A DNA stretch of 64,000 nucleotides from Eledone cirrhosa. Its lineage: Eukaryota. Numbering within the stretch: position 1 is the stretch's first letter; each line of letters begins with the position of its first letter. Both the position numbers and the translations under genes were made by a program. The notes beneath the pieces were generated by a model, which ran no database searches, was not told the DNA's origin, and was given only the letters and a program-made list of their open reading frames with translations. Location of the stretch: NCBI GenBank assembly GCA_964016885.1, contig OZ024747.1, positions 28,644,001-28,708,000 of the forward strand, written 5' to 3'. Positions 24,830-39,019 of this stretch are shown here, in pieces.

Positions 24830-25050
24830 AAAGGTCATCAAGTCAAAGCTTCTGATGGATTTGTTGGTGTTAAGCAACTAAGAGTACAAGGCAGGACACT
24901 CCATTGCAGAGATAACGCCCAGCTACCCCTAAAACTCATTTAAGTGGATTGGAGCAACAAGAAAGGAAATGTTTTGTTCAAGAACACAATGTGCCACCTG
25001 GTCCAAGAATCAAACCTCTGACATCATGATCATAAGCCCAACACCTTAAC
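24830..25050 (-). mobile_element. Degenerate SINE of a third family; related copies at ~19110-19345 and 25605-25870
   Basis: Shared aagcaactaa..gtacaag...tggagcaa..gaaa...gttttg.t.aagaacacaa...atcaaac with 25605-25870. Confidence 0.55.
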
Positions 25051-25086
25051 CTATACACACACACACACATACATACATATATATAT

Positions 25087-25575
25087 AAATCAGGAAAGAA
25101 GAGTGACACGGTTTGCTAAACAAAAAAGGTTTTTAATCTCATTGCTGACAATTGTTTCTCTGAACTGGTAGGTCTAGAGATCACTACCCGCTTGTTTTCA
25201 CGTCATTCGATCACCAATACATAGTTGTAACCAGTCAATTCATCGGAGCTTGTGAGAATGAAAGGAATATACAGGCATGGCTACTATATATAGTAGTAAT
25301 GGCATTCAATTAGAACAATACTAACAATGCTAGCAATAAATTATCTGAAATAATCACATCAATCTAGGTAAGAAACATAGTATATCTACTACTTTAGCGT
25401 GTAAAACTAGCTGACATGAGGCAGATGTATAAAATTGACATGTAAAAGCTGTCATGGGGTGTATTATATATAGTGTTGAGTCAAACTTAGCCAAGCGTTG
25501 ATATCATCCACTACTCGGAGTACCCTAACTGGACTACATCTAAGTGGACTACCTATAACAATAATCTGTTACCCC
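25087..25575 (-). mobile_element. Penelope-like pseudo-LTR fragment inserted in a (TA)n/(CA)n tract
   Basis: Flanked by microsatellite on both sides; carries a hammerhead-like motif followed by ATTAAA and an AT-rich tail. Confidence 0.55.
25137..25258 (-). ncRNA. Type I hammerhead-ribozyme-like motif with variant core CCGAUGA
   Basis: ucucacaagcu-CCGAUGA-[stem II acuggu...accagu]-GAAAC-AAUU-GUC-agcaaugaga. Stem I gcu/agc plus ucuca/ugaga; palindromic stem III ACAAUUGU. Confidence 0.55.
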
Positions 25576-25604
25576 GTATATATATATATATATATAGAGC
25601 TATA

Positions 25605-25870
25605 AGTCTAAAGTCTGTCTTGAGCCTAGATGCACATCAGGCCGGTGTGATTCCCGGTTTTCGTGGTGTGAAGCAACTAAATGTACAAGAATCCCCTCTG
25701 GATAAGATGCCAGTCCATTGCATGGTTCAAACCCCAGCTATTGCTGGTACTCGTTTTCAGCTGAATATACTGGAGCAATGTGAAACAGTGTTTTGCTTAA
25801 GAACACAAACCAGTCCAGGTATCAAACTCAATGGCATGATCATAAATGCAACACCCTTACCACTAGCCAA
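25605..25870 (-). mobile_element. tRNA-derived SINE
   Basis: Head tggctagtggtaagg...gtttgatacc on the minus strand; body shared with 24830-25050. Confidence 0.6.
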
Positions 25871-25909
25871 GCACCTCAACATATTTATGTGTGTGTATAT
25901 TATATACAC

Positions 25910-27860
25910 GCACATGGTGGCAATGTAAGTGTAATAGAAGATCAGTAGAGGGCTCTGCTGGATAACCTGCTGAAGGCTGCAGACGAGATTTGTGGTAGGT
26001 GCATGGCCCTAGATTGATGAAGAGTGATATGGTGGTGGATGAGGCAATTAAAATTAAGAAACAAACATGGAAAGACTGGCAAAATAGGGTGGTGGGGCAG
26101 GAAACAGTATCAAAAAAACAAGGCATCAAGTACACTTAAACAGGAAGAAAGCAAGAAGTTTGCATGTTTTGTATCATGGGGGCCAAAGGAGTGAGGTGTT
26201 CAAAATTGCAAGGCAGTGTGTGAGGGAAAATCAAGATGTTCAGGAGAAATGCGTTTGAAATGACTGGCATACTTGCCTACACCAATGCTGAGAAGAAAGA
26301 AGCATGGAAGTGCCATTATGAGAGCCTGTTAAATGAGGAGAATGTATGAGAAGAAACTGGTCTGTTTCAAGCAGATCCAAGTGTGCAGCAATGTGGTAAG
26401 GCAATTAGGGATAGTATCTGAGATGTTGAAAGTATGTGTTTGGGTGGAGCACTCTAAATACATGTATAGTAAATCAAGTAATACAGGATGGTGTCATACC
26501 TCATGCCTGGCATAGCAGCACCATTGTCAACTGCTACAATGGCAAAGGAGATGCACATCAAGTTGATGGACTAGGCCATGAAAGTTACTGGAAGAGTTAT
26601 TGCACCAATTTGAGAACTAATATAGACAAGATGCAGTTAGGTTTTATGCCTGGTAAAGGTAACACAGATATTTTCTTCCTTGAGACAGCTGCAGGAGAAG
26701 TACCTAGCTAAGAGTAAGCCCCTCTACCTAGCATTTGTTGATCTGGAAAAGGCTTTTGACAAGATCCGCTGCTACATAATCTGGTGGGCCCTTAAGAAAC
26801 TAGAGGAAGACTGAAGCCATGTGTAGAAGTGCAGTCAGTGAGGTGAGTCAACAATGTATATTGTGATGAATTTAGTGTACAGGTGGATGTCCACCAGGGC
26901 TCTGTCCTCAGCTCCCTCCTGTTTATTATTATCTTTTAGGCCATAACTGGAGTTTGATACTCGCTTCCCATAGGAACTCCTATATACCAATGATCTAATC
27001 CTCATAGCTGAAACTGTGACAGAATTAGAGTAAAAATTCCAGAAGTGGAAGAAAAACCTGGAATCAAAAGGCCTCAGAGTCAACCTAACAAAGACCAAAG
27101 TCCTAGTAAGTAAAAAAGAAAAGAGGGCCCTGATTCCTTTTGGGAACTGGCTTTGCTCAGTGTGCAAGAAAGGAGTGGGTAGAAATTCCATCTTATGTAC
27201 AAAATGTAAGCTATTGGTACACAAAAGATGTGAGATTGCAGGCAGGTTAGCAAAGAATATAGGCATTACACAGGAACAGTAAGCTATAAGAGCTCATAGG
27301 AAACAAGCCCTGTCAAATGCTCAGAGGGCTCCCTAGAAATAGTTAACAGCTTCTGCTAGATGGGGAGCTAAATTAACAGTGAGGTTGGATATTCTAAAAG
27401 TGCAGTAGCCAGAGTGAGGACAAGCTGGCAAAGGTTCAAGTAGCTAGCTACTAGCACTGGACCTCTCTTTCTCAGAGTAAAAGGCAGATTGTATGATACT
27501 TACATGCAATCAACAATGCTACATGGTAGTGAAATTTGGGCTTTGTGTATAGAGGACATACAGAGGCTGGAAAGAAATGAGGCAAGCATGTTCCAAATGG
27601 ATATGTAATCGTATATATGAGCAACGAAGTATGAGTCAACTGACCACCACACCCCTTTCTCCAGCTGTGGAATATCTGTACCCCAACCCCCAGCAAGATC
27701 ATCTATACCTAATGCTGATGCCATGACAAAAGCGCCTGGTTGGCATTAGAAAGGACATCAAGCCGTAGAAACTAAGAAAGTGTACAAGCAGCACCTAGTC
27801 ACTTTACAGCCGTCTAACTCATCCATGCATGGAAAATAGACTTTATACGGTGATGATATA
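25910..27860 (+). mobile_element. Old degenerate RTE LINE of the PHD-containing family
   Basis: Broken matches to 8695-10546, including EKYLAKSKPLYLAFVDLEKAFD and CSVCKKGVGRNSILCTKC..VHKRC. Confidence 0.85.
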
Positions 27861-27896
27861 TATATGGCTGTGCTGCTGTTCAATAGTATATAGAAA

Positions 27897-28700
27897 TCAT
27901 CATCATCATTGTTGTTTTACATCAGCTTTTCAGTGCTTGCATGGACAGGTTTTTTCTAGTCGAACACCTCTCCACTCATCGCAGTCCGTCATTTCCTCTG
28001 TGAGCTTCAACGAATTAAGATCTGCTCTCACAACTTACTTCCACTGAAGACTTCCTCAATTTCACTGTGCAGCAACTAACTTCCATGGGGATTTCTAGGC
28101 AATTCTTCACCCAATGATCATCATCCATGCAGATTACATGTCTATACCACCACAGTCATCTCTTCTGAACACTACATCTGATTCCCCTTATACCCAGCTT
28201 TTCTCTCAGTTAATCCATGCTTTCTTGTTCCTGCATATTGACATTGCACAGCGATCAAAGCATGTTTGCTTCATTTCTCTCAAGCCTTCACATATTCTCT
28301 GCATTCACTGCCCATGTCTCACTACGACGCGACATCATACATCACTCTGTTGGATAAGCTGGGAGTAGTCTCTCTTTCTTCCCCTCATTTTCTACATTCA
28401 TCAAACTCTCATAACACTTCCAGGCCTCTTTCATTTGTGTGTCAATGATGCTCAGTGTACTTGTGTCATTTCAGACACACTTTTCTCCAACAACATCCTG
28501 CTTTGTAATGTGAAGCACCTCACATCTCTGATCCTGATCACTAAGTATGTCTATCATCTAGCTTTTATTTTAGCTACTTAGTATCTTTGCGGCCCCTATT
28601 TTTCCAATGCCTGTCTCTTGAATTTAGCAGCTCTCTCCACTAGGTTTCCTTCTGTCTTGCTGGTGCTTTGCTCCAAAAAGTCTCATCAGTAGCTTGTATC
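27897..28700 (-). mobile_element. Degenerate RTE fragments, tail-to-tail with the preceding copy
   Basis: (CAT)n tail at 27897-27909; reverse-complement similarity to RTE C-terminal and pre-RT regions. Confidence 0.7.
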
Positions 28701-30569
28701 ATACAAACTTCCAATTGTCTTCTATATCATATATATCTAACTCTTCATCCCTCTTGTCATAGGTGTTGCCCACAGTGGAATATTTTTAACCTATAAATGA
28801 TGATAGATGGTTATGCACATTAAAATGTTAAGAACATTGGCTGGCATCCCAACAACACATCACACCTTCCCAAGCCCATTCAATCATTTCTTCATATGCT
28901 TCGAAGAAAAACGATCCATAGAGAAGTAGATGCTATTTTTTTCCTTGTTCATTTATTAATATATTGTACGTAATGTTTCAATAGACATACAATAAACCCA
29001 GTTTCTATATAACTAACATCTCAGCTAAATTTTATTCTATTAAAAATTCATTAAATTCTTCAAAGGTAACTTGTGTTAAGTTTCTGTTGTTAAATAGCAA
29101 AAAGAAATCAATCTATTCATGAAATATATTTACCTTGTTAAGATGGTAGATTATTATGTATATTAAAATCGATATGTTACAAAATATACAAATATTAACT
29201 TCTGTTAAGTTGCTACTGTTAGTTTATAGAAATTGATTTGTTTATGAAATATTTTTATGCTGTTCAAACTGGCCAAAATTCTCTTGCTTTTTCTGTTGAA
29301 ACTGGCTGTAACTGGTCACTCAAACTGATGTTAAGGTATTATTCTCAAAATAAATGCCTTCAAAATCTCATAGATTCGATATTATGTGAGATAATTATGC
29401 GAGGTAAAGCCTTTACCATGAAAATATAATAGTATATATAGAGTAATGTGAATGCTAAAGGGTTAATGATGCTAGACGTATAGTAAACTGTTAAGAGTGT
29501 AGTATGTTGGCTGTCCTCCCAATAACATGTCACCCATACCCTGCAGCAAATTTTCTTAGGAAAACCTGATTTGCTCACTTGACCAGTCCTGTCTTAGAAA
29601 TCCCTTCCTCTGGTTTTAAATAATCTATGGGTATGTGCATGGCTGTACGCGTGTATATTTTCTTTTTGTTGAATATATATATATATATATATATATCTTG
29701 GTTCCCAATCTTAAAAGTTCTCTATCTAGGGTTATATAGTCTATACGTATGTGTATATGTACATATAGTTTTTATAAAAAAAAAAATAAAAAAATATATA
29801 TATATATATATATATGTGTGTGTAGACTGGTGCATATGTGCATGCTTATATTGGTTGGAGTGTGCACTCATATATGGGGCAGGCCCACATCATGCACTCA
29901 CTTGAGTGGGGTTTATGACTGCATACATGTATATATGCGCAGGGTTCCTGTATATACATGCATTGATGTAGTAAATGTACACAATCTCTATGACAACACT
30001 ACTAGCTGAAGCCTATCTTAATCACTATACCGTTAGCTGAGGCCTACATAGGACATGGGTGAACATCTGCCCATGCATGTCCTGATAAGCTGGGTTACAT
30101 TGTGACTGGTTGTTACAGTAGACTTTAAAGGGAAACATCTAAACATGAACTAGAGCCTACTATCAGTTAGCAAGCAATCGCAAAAAAATCTTTTTTCAGG
30201 TGCAGAAGAAACTTTCTATATTCCAAACATAGAAAGTCAATACCAATCCATCCGCCTGCCAGAACTAGCCCTTTCATGTCAGCTCAACAATTTAAAGCCA
30301 CCATCAACATTGGAATGATGAAAACGAGATTAGGTGAGAGCTAGAGCTAAAGCATGTAGATGTTACATACAAGAAACTAAATGGAGAGGAGCTTCAGATT
30401 CCTTACAACCATAACATATCCCTACAAGTTTTTCTGGATAGGTAATAACCAGGGCCTGGGAAGTATAGATTACATATTAGCAGAAAAGTAGAAAGACAAG
30501 GTAATTGAGGTAGTTAGAGTAGGTGAGTGATAAAATCATTAAGCTTAGGTTAAAACAAGTGACAATTAT

Positions 30570-32660
30570 TTGAGTTCTACGACTCTGGAGATGTCAATAC
30601 TGTACTCCAGAACATCCTGAGCTCAGCATGTGCAGCATCGGTGCCACGTAAGCGGAAAAAACATCCCAAAAGTGCAATTTGGGAGACTGCAGCAGTCTGT
30701 CTTGCCAGAAAAGAACGGCGCAATGCTGAACGTGAGTACAAACTTCTCAAATCAGACATTAATAGGAAGAGGCGAAATAGATCGTCCAACCATCTCAAAC
30801 AGGTGACAAAAAAGGCAGTGCTTCAATTTGAACAGCGCATAGCAACCAGCCCTGACAGTAAGGTGTTCTGGAAGTATGTTCACTCAAAGCAGAGGCCTCA
30901 CTCTCCAGTTGGTCCTCTTCGCAATCCCCACACAAGCCAGGTTACTGACGACCCAAGGAATGCGCAGAGCTCATTGCTGAATGCTATGCAGGCATAGACC
31001 AGAGTGTACCATCTCCACCACCTATGACACCGGACTCTATTACAACCATGGAATTTACACCTGCAATGCTGCGACGTCACCTAAAAAATAAACGCAACCA
31101 TGCCTCTCCTGGTCTTGATGGTGTTACGTACCTGCTTCTACACCTGTTATCACGCTTCTTCCAATTCTGTCTGAACAACAGTGCTACTCCAGAACAGTGG
31201 AAAACTGCCAGTGTCATTCCTCTGTTCAAAAAGGATGACCGCACATCACCTGTGAACTATCGTCCAGTCAGTCTTACTAGTTGCATCGCCAAACTGATGG
31301 AATCCTGTGTCAGAGAAACACTTTGGAACTTCTGGAGCTCTCACAGTCTTATCCGGCCCTCGCAATTTGGATTTATCCCCAACTCCAGCTGCTGTGATCA
31401 ACTTATAGAGTTTCTTGAAGACATCACCCGGATCACTGATGGCGGCTCATGGGTGGATGTTGTTTACCTTGACTTTGCGAAAGCCTTCAATTCTGTGCCA
31501 CACAAAAGGCTTATGGCAAAACTCTCTGCAATGGGTGTGAAGGATGATCTTTTTAACTAGTTGAAGTCCTTCATTCTCAGTCGAAGAGAAGTAGTCACGG
31601 TTCTGGGACAGCATTCCTCACCATATGAGATGTCATCTGGTGTACCACAGGGATCTGTTCTTGGCCCCCTTTTGTCTGTGGCATATATTAATGACATAGA
31701 TGCCAACTTAAGGAATGCCACAGTACGCAGACGACATCAAGCTGTACCTTGAGATAAAAAGGACAGATCCTGAACACTATAGATCTTGCTTGCAGTCTGA
31801 CCTGGGCACAATGCAACAATGGATCTCAGACTGGCAACTCAAGCTAGCTGTGGACAAGTGCACCACCATGCATTTTGGGAGTAAAAACCCAGCATCCACA
31901 TACTCCCTCCACAGCACTAATATCAAGAAGTCTTCCTGTGAACGTGACCTGAGCATTACGGTCAGCAGCAATTTGTGTTGGACGAGGCACGTCTCTTAAA
32001 TTGTCAAGAGGGCCGAGGGTGTCTTAGCATTACTCAGCAAGACCTTTGTCAGCTGCTCTCCAGATATCTATTTAAGGCTGTATACAGCTATGGTGCGACC
32101 ACACTTAGAATTTGCATCACCAGTCTGGAACCCCTATCTTGCTCAGGACATTGACCGCCTGGAAACTGTTCAGAGATGTGCAACCAAGCGAATACCCTCC
32201 ATCAGACATCTACCATACTCTGAGCGCCTTGCTTCCCTGGGCATGGATTCATTGAAGCTCCGACGCCTGGCAACTGACTTGGTAAACACCCACAAAATTG
32301 TTAACCATGTTGCCAACAACAACCCTGAGTACCTTTTTGATTTCCATGTGTCTCACACACGGGGACATGCCCACAAAGTAAGAAAACAGCACAGTTCCCA
32401 TGACTTTCGGAAACATTTTTTCACGCTCAGAGTTGCTGAAGCATGGAACAAACTACCTGCATCAGTTGTTAGCTGTCGAGACACTGCATCCTTTAAGGCC
32501 TCCATGCTTCCCGAGATCCGCCAACACTACAGCTAACACATACACACATGTACTTCCCTGACATTTGTGGATTATTCTATGTACTATACATACACCTTTG
32601 ACGAGTTGTAGTGCACCTGAGCACTTTACACAATAATTTCATTATTATTTTTATTATTAT
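30570..32660 (+). mobile_element. CR1 LINE, 5'-truncated dead copy of the family at 1-4660
   Basis: Near-identical to the reverse complement of 1-2015. Stops at 31558 and 31997, several short deletions, 3' UTR and (ATT)n tail. Confidence 0.93.
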
Positions 32661-32734
32661 TTCTGCATATGCACTACAATCAATAAACAAATAAATCACT
32701 TCTCTGAGTCTCTTATGCAGTCTCTTCAACATGA

Positions 32735-33075
32735 AATGGTGACTTTATAATCATAGCTGGTGATTTTAATGGACACATTGGGAAGTGCTGTAATGACTTC
32801 CAATGAGGCTTTGGGTTCAGTACAAGAAATTACAACAGGTCAAGGCTCCTGGAGTTTGTGATGCTAACAGTCTGACCATATGCAGCAGTAACTTCAGAAA
32901 AACAACCAGATTGATTTTATCTTCCCAGAAGCCAAGATACATTGATGGTTGCAAACACTAAGTCCCTTCTGGGGGAAGTGTATACAACCCAACATAACTT
33001 AATGATTAACAACTTTAAAGTCAGACTGAGACAAAGATAGAGACAAGACAAATTAGAGGACATAGAAGCTAAGAA
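32735..33075 (+). mobile_element. RTE endonuclease-domain remnant
   Basis: IIAGDFNGHIG...GFGFSTRN...RLLEF. Confidence 0.6.
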
Positions 33076-33079
33076 AGCC

Positions 33080-33449
33080 CCCAAATGGTGATCCCATCCA
33101 CTTACATGACAGTGTGACCACATATCATACAACACTCCCAAAGTTGAATGAATTAGGCTATGAAAATCTGCCTCATCCAGCATACTCACAAAGTTTTTCA
33201 CCTACCACTTTTTAAAGCATTTCCACAACTTCAACAACCAAACTGCTGCAAAAAAATACCTTCAAAGAATTCATTGCCTCCAGAACTTCAGAATTCTATG
33301 TGACTGAAATAAATAAACTTATATGTGTTGGAAAAAATGTACAGATTCTAATGGTTTTTATTTTAACTAATAAAATTTATTCTGGACTGAGAGATGACAT
33401 TTTAAAGTTAATGTTCAAGAAGCTGCATTAATTTCTGAACAACCTAATA
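33080..33449 (+). mobile_element. Mariner transposon remnant (transposase C-terminus + right TIR)
   Basis: KLNELGYENLPHPAYS..., FKEFIASRTSEFY..INKL; ends in ...ttctgaacaacctaa followed by TA. Confidence 0.7.
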
Positions 33450-33934
33450 GACACACACACACGTATGTATGTATGTAGAGGTAGAACACTAGAAGATAAT
33501 ATCCGTAGTGGTAAAGCACTCAGTCCATGGGACGAGTTAGGAAGAAGTGGTAACACAACAGTTTGAACTAGCTGTTGTGTTACCACTTCTATATATATAT
33601 GGCATGGGATAATATGAATGTAATATCAGCAAAAAATGCATGTAACTACATAGTACGTACAGACAAATGCAACGTTACCTTGCTGACAGTGCAGTCTTGC
33701 AAATTAAGGTGGTACTGAACTTGTGATGCCAGTTTGTACAACAGTGCAGAGCCCTCTTTGTTGGTTCTCTCACTTGCTACTGCCCGTCATCAGACCACTG
33801 ATTTGGACTTTATGCCAGTAATACTGTTGGGTAGCAGTTGTAAATTTCTTTCACTCTGTATTTCATCGTCTTGTGTTGCACATTTACATGCACAATCTGT
33901 TGTCCATTTAATTCTAGTGTGTCCTTTATGTACA

Positions 33935-34520
33935 ATGGATACACAAAAGATGCAGTGGGATCACAGGTACTCTTATGGTGAAGATAGACATCATATGTGA
34001 AAGGTCTACAAGAGTAAGGTTACTTATGAAATAAATCCCTTCAAATGCTCAGAAGGTTCACTAGTATTAGTAGATAGCTTTTGCTATTTAGATGACCTCA
34101 TTAGCAGTGAAGGTGGGTCTACCAAAGGTGTAGTAACCAAAATAAGAACAGGATGAAAGGAGTTCAAGGAGCTGTTACTTCTGCAAATAACAATGGGTTT
34201 CTCTCTCAGAGTAAAGGTCTGATTGCATAATACTTGTGTTTGAACTGATATTCTGTGTGGCAGCAATACATGGGCTTTGAATATAATATTTGCGAGAGTT
34301 GGAAAAAAATGAAGCATGCATACTGCATTGGATGTGTAATGTTAGTGAACATGAATAACAAAGTACAAATGAAATGAGTGACAATCTGAGTATACCAGGA
34401 ATCAGATGTAGTGGGCAAGAGGAACAATTACATTGGTATAGACTTGTGAAATATATGGAAAGAAAAAGAAGAAAGGCTGAGCACCTGAAGTAGATGAAAT
34501 CCATGGTAGAGAGAGACTAA
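33935..34520 (+). mobile_element. Degenerate RTE fragment (PHD end to C-terminus)
   Basis: IHKRCSGITG..., VDSFCYL..LISSEGG, RTG*KEFKELL. Confidence 0.7.
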
Positions 34521-37353
34521 GAAAGACATTGGAAAGGAAAACATAGACGATTGGGGAGGGGAAGAAAAAGAAAATGTGTGGTCAAATCATCGCCGTTTTA
34601 CGTCCATTTTTCCATGCTAGCATGGGTCCAAAGAAAAAGGAAATGGACATTTAACCAGTCAGTTTCATACCTATAATTAAGAGCTACAGGATATATATCA
34701 GCCTGCCTGGACCAAAGTATGGCAGAACCTCAATTCTTGGAGAAAGAAAGCAGCTCCTTAATTCATAAACTACAATTGGATATAATATCTGAGACTACAA
34801 AAATCTGAAAGATCTTAAAATTTAAAAGAGAGAGAGAGAGCCTTTTCTTTAAAACCTTGCTATTAAGCAGAACTTAGAACACAAAGTCTGTTTTTCAATT
34901 ACAATAAACATTCTTCTGAGTCCATCATCATTATCATTTTGTCCACTTTTCATGCTGGCATAGGTTGGATAAGCTGTTACAGTCTGAATCTGTTTGTATT
35001 TGGAGTTACTAGTTACTGCCCTCCTACATAGATCAGAGAACCACATCTTGACCATACATTTCCATTTTGGCATGGTCTCTACTGCTGGATGCTCCTTCTA
35101 ATACCAAGCATTTTACAGAGTACTGGGTGCATTTTATTATAGCACCAGTACTAAAGAGGTTTTCAACAAAACTGAAGAGTCCTCTCTACCTTACGTTGTC
35201 CCCATATGATCAATAACTTTACAGAGTGTACTGGGTAGGCTGAAAAATTGTTGGTAAATATGAAAACAGAACAAAAATAAAACATACATAACCATCAAAT
35301 AAAATGGAATCTTTAATGACTTAAGAAACATAAAAATTGAGGAATATAAGCAAAGTTTCAAGAGAATTTTTTTACCAAGAGAGAGGTAAATATCTATTGG
35401 TAATAAATATATAAATTAAACGAAATAAAAATACAAGTCATTTTTTTCTCTTTTCAAATGGAAGGTTTACCAAGAGGAGCATGTGATAAACCTGGTTTGT
35501 TTCGCTCTGATAAAAGAGAGAACGAAAAATTGTACCATAGAAAAGGAAGATAGCTCTCAACAAGTATTTGACATCTTTGTTATGGTCTTATACAAATAGT
35601 ATGTGTGTTGTATGTGTGAGTGAGTATATATGGTGTGCGTGTGTATCTGCTTGCATACAAATACAGTGTGTATGTGTGTGTGTGTGCGTATCTGCTTGCA
35701 AAGTCTATGAATATGTCAGAATATGTTTGAGCAATTGTCTCAAAATCTAGAGTCAACATTTCATCTGACAGATCTCCAAACTCACATCCCATCCACACAA
35801 CATCTATGATAGAGGCAACTCAACGAAATAAGAAATATCTCTTAATAACATCACATCCACACAACATTTACAATAGAGGCAATAAAATAAGATATAACTT
35901 TTAATACAAAAATATTAATAGCTGCTAAAAGAAATAACATACACTAATTAGTAGTTTTTTTTTCTTTTCTTTCTCTCTTTTTTATTTTAACAACTATTCA
36001 GCTTGAAATTGCCTAGGAAAATTAGTTAAAGCCTAATTAGATTTTAAATGTTATCGTACATATCTTGCTATCAAAGTACTACAATACATATATTATCAAT
36101 ATAAAATAGTTAAGAATAAATCAGATATAACCCCAAAGACAGATAAAATGGATAATCACCTTTTCATTTTTTCTGCCTCAGAGGGGGATATATCCATGAC
36201 TTATTTTCAACTATTTTATAGTGATAATTTATGCATTGTGGTAGTTTGCTTGATAGCAAAACATCTTCAAAATTTCAATCTTATCACGCACTTCGTAGAT
36301 GTTTCACTAATTAGAATTGTAACATACTGGAAAATTTGACCTCTTTAATATTCAAATCCTCAAAATCTAGTTATGGTAAACACAGTACTATTTGATGAAA
36401 CTGGCCATGCCAGGTATTGTTGACGTAGTTTATCTTTCATATGAGCAAAACCTTCATCAATTCACACAGAAGGTCATGTTATGGCTGAGTTGCACCACGC
36501 TACCCTCTTTCCACAGCATAGATATATCTACATAACCACAACATCATTAGTGTTATAAATACTAAAGGATTGAATTAATGTTGTTTGTTGGTTCATTTCA
36601 AGAAGAATATCTTCTATATAGTTTTCATATGAGTTTATATATATATATATATATGCATATGCATATATATATATGTATGTATGTATGCATATGTATTAGG
36701 GTCTGGTCTAGTGATTGCAGTAGCCCACAAGTAAGAAAGAACTCAATGTTAAAAATGGAGTGTTGTATAAACAGATTTATTCATTGCCTTACAGCATGAC
36801 CACAAAGTTTCAGCAACACAAATATTCAGTAAGCTTCATCAGGAGAAATTTTTTCTGGTGTAGCTTAGAAAATATACAATTTATTGAAACATTGTGGCCA
36901 TGTAAGAATATGAATATGTATATAGGATAGCTGTGTCTGTCTAACAACCAGCTTTTAGAACAACAATAATAATAAATTCATGTGTGATTTAATCTCAATA
37001 CAAAACATAGCAATTATTTACATCACCTATATAAATATCTTACTTTGTGATCTATGAAAAAATATACACAGCTTCTAAATATATTGTCTATCTTTATTTC
37101 TAGTTTATTTTAAGGCAGACATGGAAAAATGGTCACAGAAAATAGACTAAATGACGATCAAAAGGTTGACTGTTATTCTGATGTAGTTTTTCACTTGGTA
37201 AAGAAACAATAGCTTAGAACTAGACAAGTATGAAAAATAACCTTTCTAGAGCATTACATTAGTTCAACTAACTCATTCTACATATGAGCCAGCTAATGAA
37301 AGCTGAGAAGCAGACATTAGAGAGGGCAGGCAGTTTTATATGCTGATTATATA

Positions 37354-37428
<75 letters not shown>

Positions 37429-38268
37429 ATGTGTGTGTGTATATAACATTGTTGGAAAGTCGATGTCAATGAAATTGTGAAGAGTAAAAAGGGGAGGAAG
37501 ATGACATGGACAGAAATACACACACACGCATATATATATATATATACACACACACACATTATATGTATATATATAATTATCATTTAACATCGGTTTATAA
37601 TCCAAGTACAAATGTTATTTTTCAAAGAGACCTTGACTCAAAGAAAGGACTCAATATATGAGTAGGTTGAGTACAAAATTAATATGCAATATTTATGTTA
37701 CATTTCTACAAGTATTTCATTACATTGATGTACCATCCGTATAAAACACAACTGTATTGAGACATTTGTACAAATGTAATCTAAATATTACATGTTATAT
37801 ATATATGTGTGTGTATGTGTATATGTATATATATATATGTAGCAATATCTGTAGGTGAGAAAAAGGAAAACAGTGCTCAATCGGGAGGAGAGCTGAAATA
37901 TATTAATTATTTATGTTCATATACGGAACAAAAGCACAACCTAAGGTAGATAGACTCATATAAGCGCCTAAAGATTAGGTCACAATTTTGATCCCTCTTA
38001 CATTCTGGAGATATGGTCAATATTGAGCCTTGAAACATTAGGTAGCGCTTTTTCCTGTAAATAAATAATATATGTATGTGTGTATGTATGTGTATGTATG
38101 AGCGTGTATGTGGGTGTGTGTGTGTGTGTGTATGTATATATATATATATATATATACATACATACAGAGAGAAAGAGAGAGATATATGTGTATATATAGA
38201 TATGACAGTGAGAGAGAGATGTAAAGCTAATGGAAAATAATGTAGGGAGAAAGTGCTCCTTATCTCTG

Positions 38269-38405
38269 GTTTATAGTATCCAATATGTCCAGATAATTCA
38301 TAATATCCAGTATGTCGAGATAGTTTATAGAATTCAATATATCCACAGAGTTTATAATATACAATATGTCCAGAGAGTTTATAATATCTGGTTTGTCCAG
38401 ATAAT
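38269..38405. repeat. 27-bp minisatellite, about 5 copies
   Basis: gtttataatatccaatatgtccagaga-like units. Confidence 0.8.
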
Positions 38406-38987
38406 AACAAACTCATTACTACAGACTTTCAGTTTAAATACCAGCTTCAGACTTCATGTTTTTCACTTTTTATTTTTGAAATCTGTATCTGTGGGTACAT
38501 GTGAACAGGGTATATATATTAAGTATCACAGCAAAATATAATAGCATGCAGTCAACTAACACTCTTAAAAGCTGCCATTATTATGCAGGAAATGTCTTGA
38601 TTTAGTTGCAACGAGTTAGGCTTTCATTCTTTACAACAACTAAATATATTCTGTGATACTTTGAATGTAGAGGAGAGAATAAAAACATTGTCAACTGTTT
38701 TTAAAGTAATGTAAGACTTTCTTACACTTCATGGCAAATAACATTCATGCAGTTCACTAACACACACACATACACACTCCCATATACATGCACATAGGAA
38801 AAAGGTAAAAATAAACAAACTATTTGTATCCATATGCAAACAGACATCACAAATTATTTAGGTTTAATCCATGCCTTACTTCACATGACATAAGATATGG
38901 CAGAGAGATAAGAGAGAGAGTGAGAGATTGAGGAGGGGGTATACAGAAGAGAGAGAGAGTGTGTGTGTGTGTGTATATTTATATATT

Positions 38988-39019
<32 letters not shown>

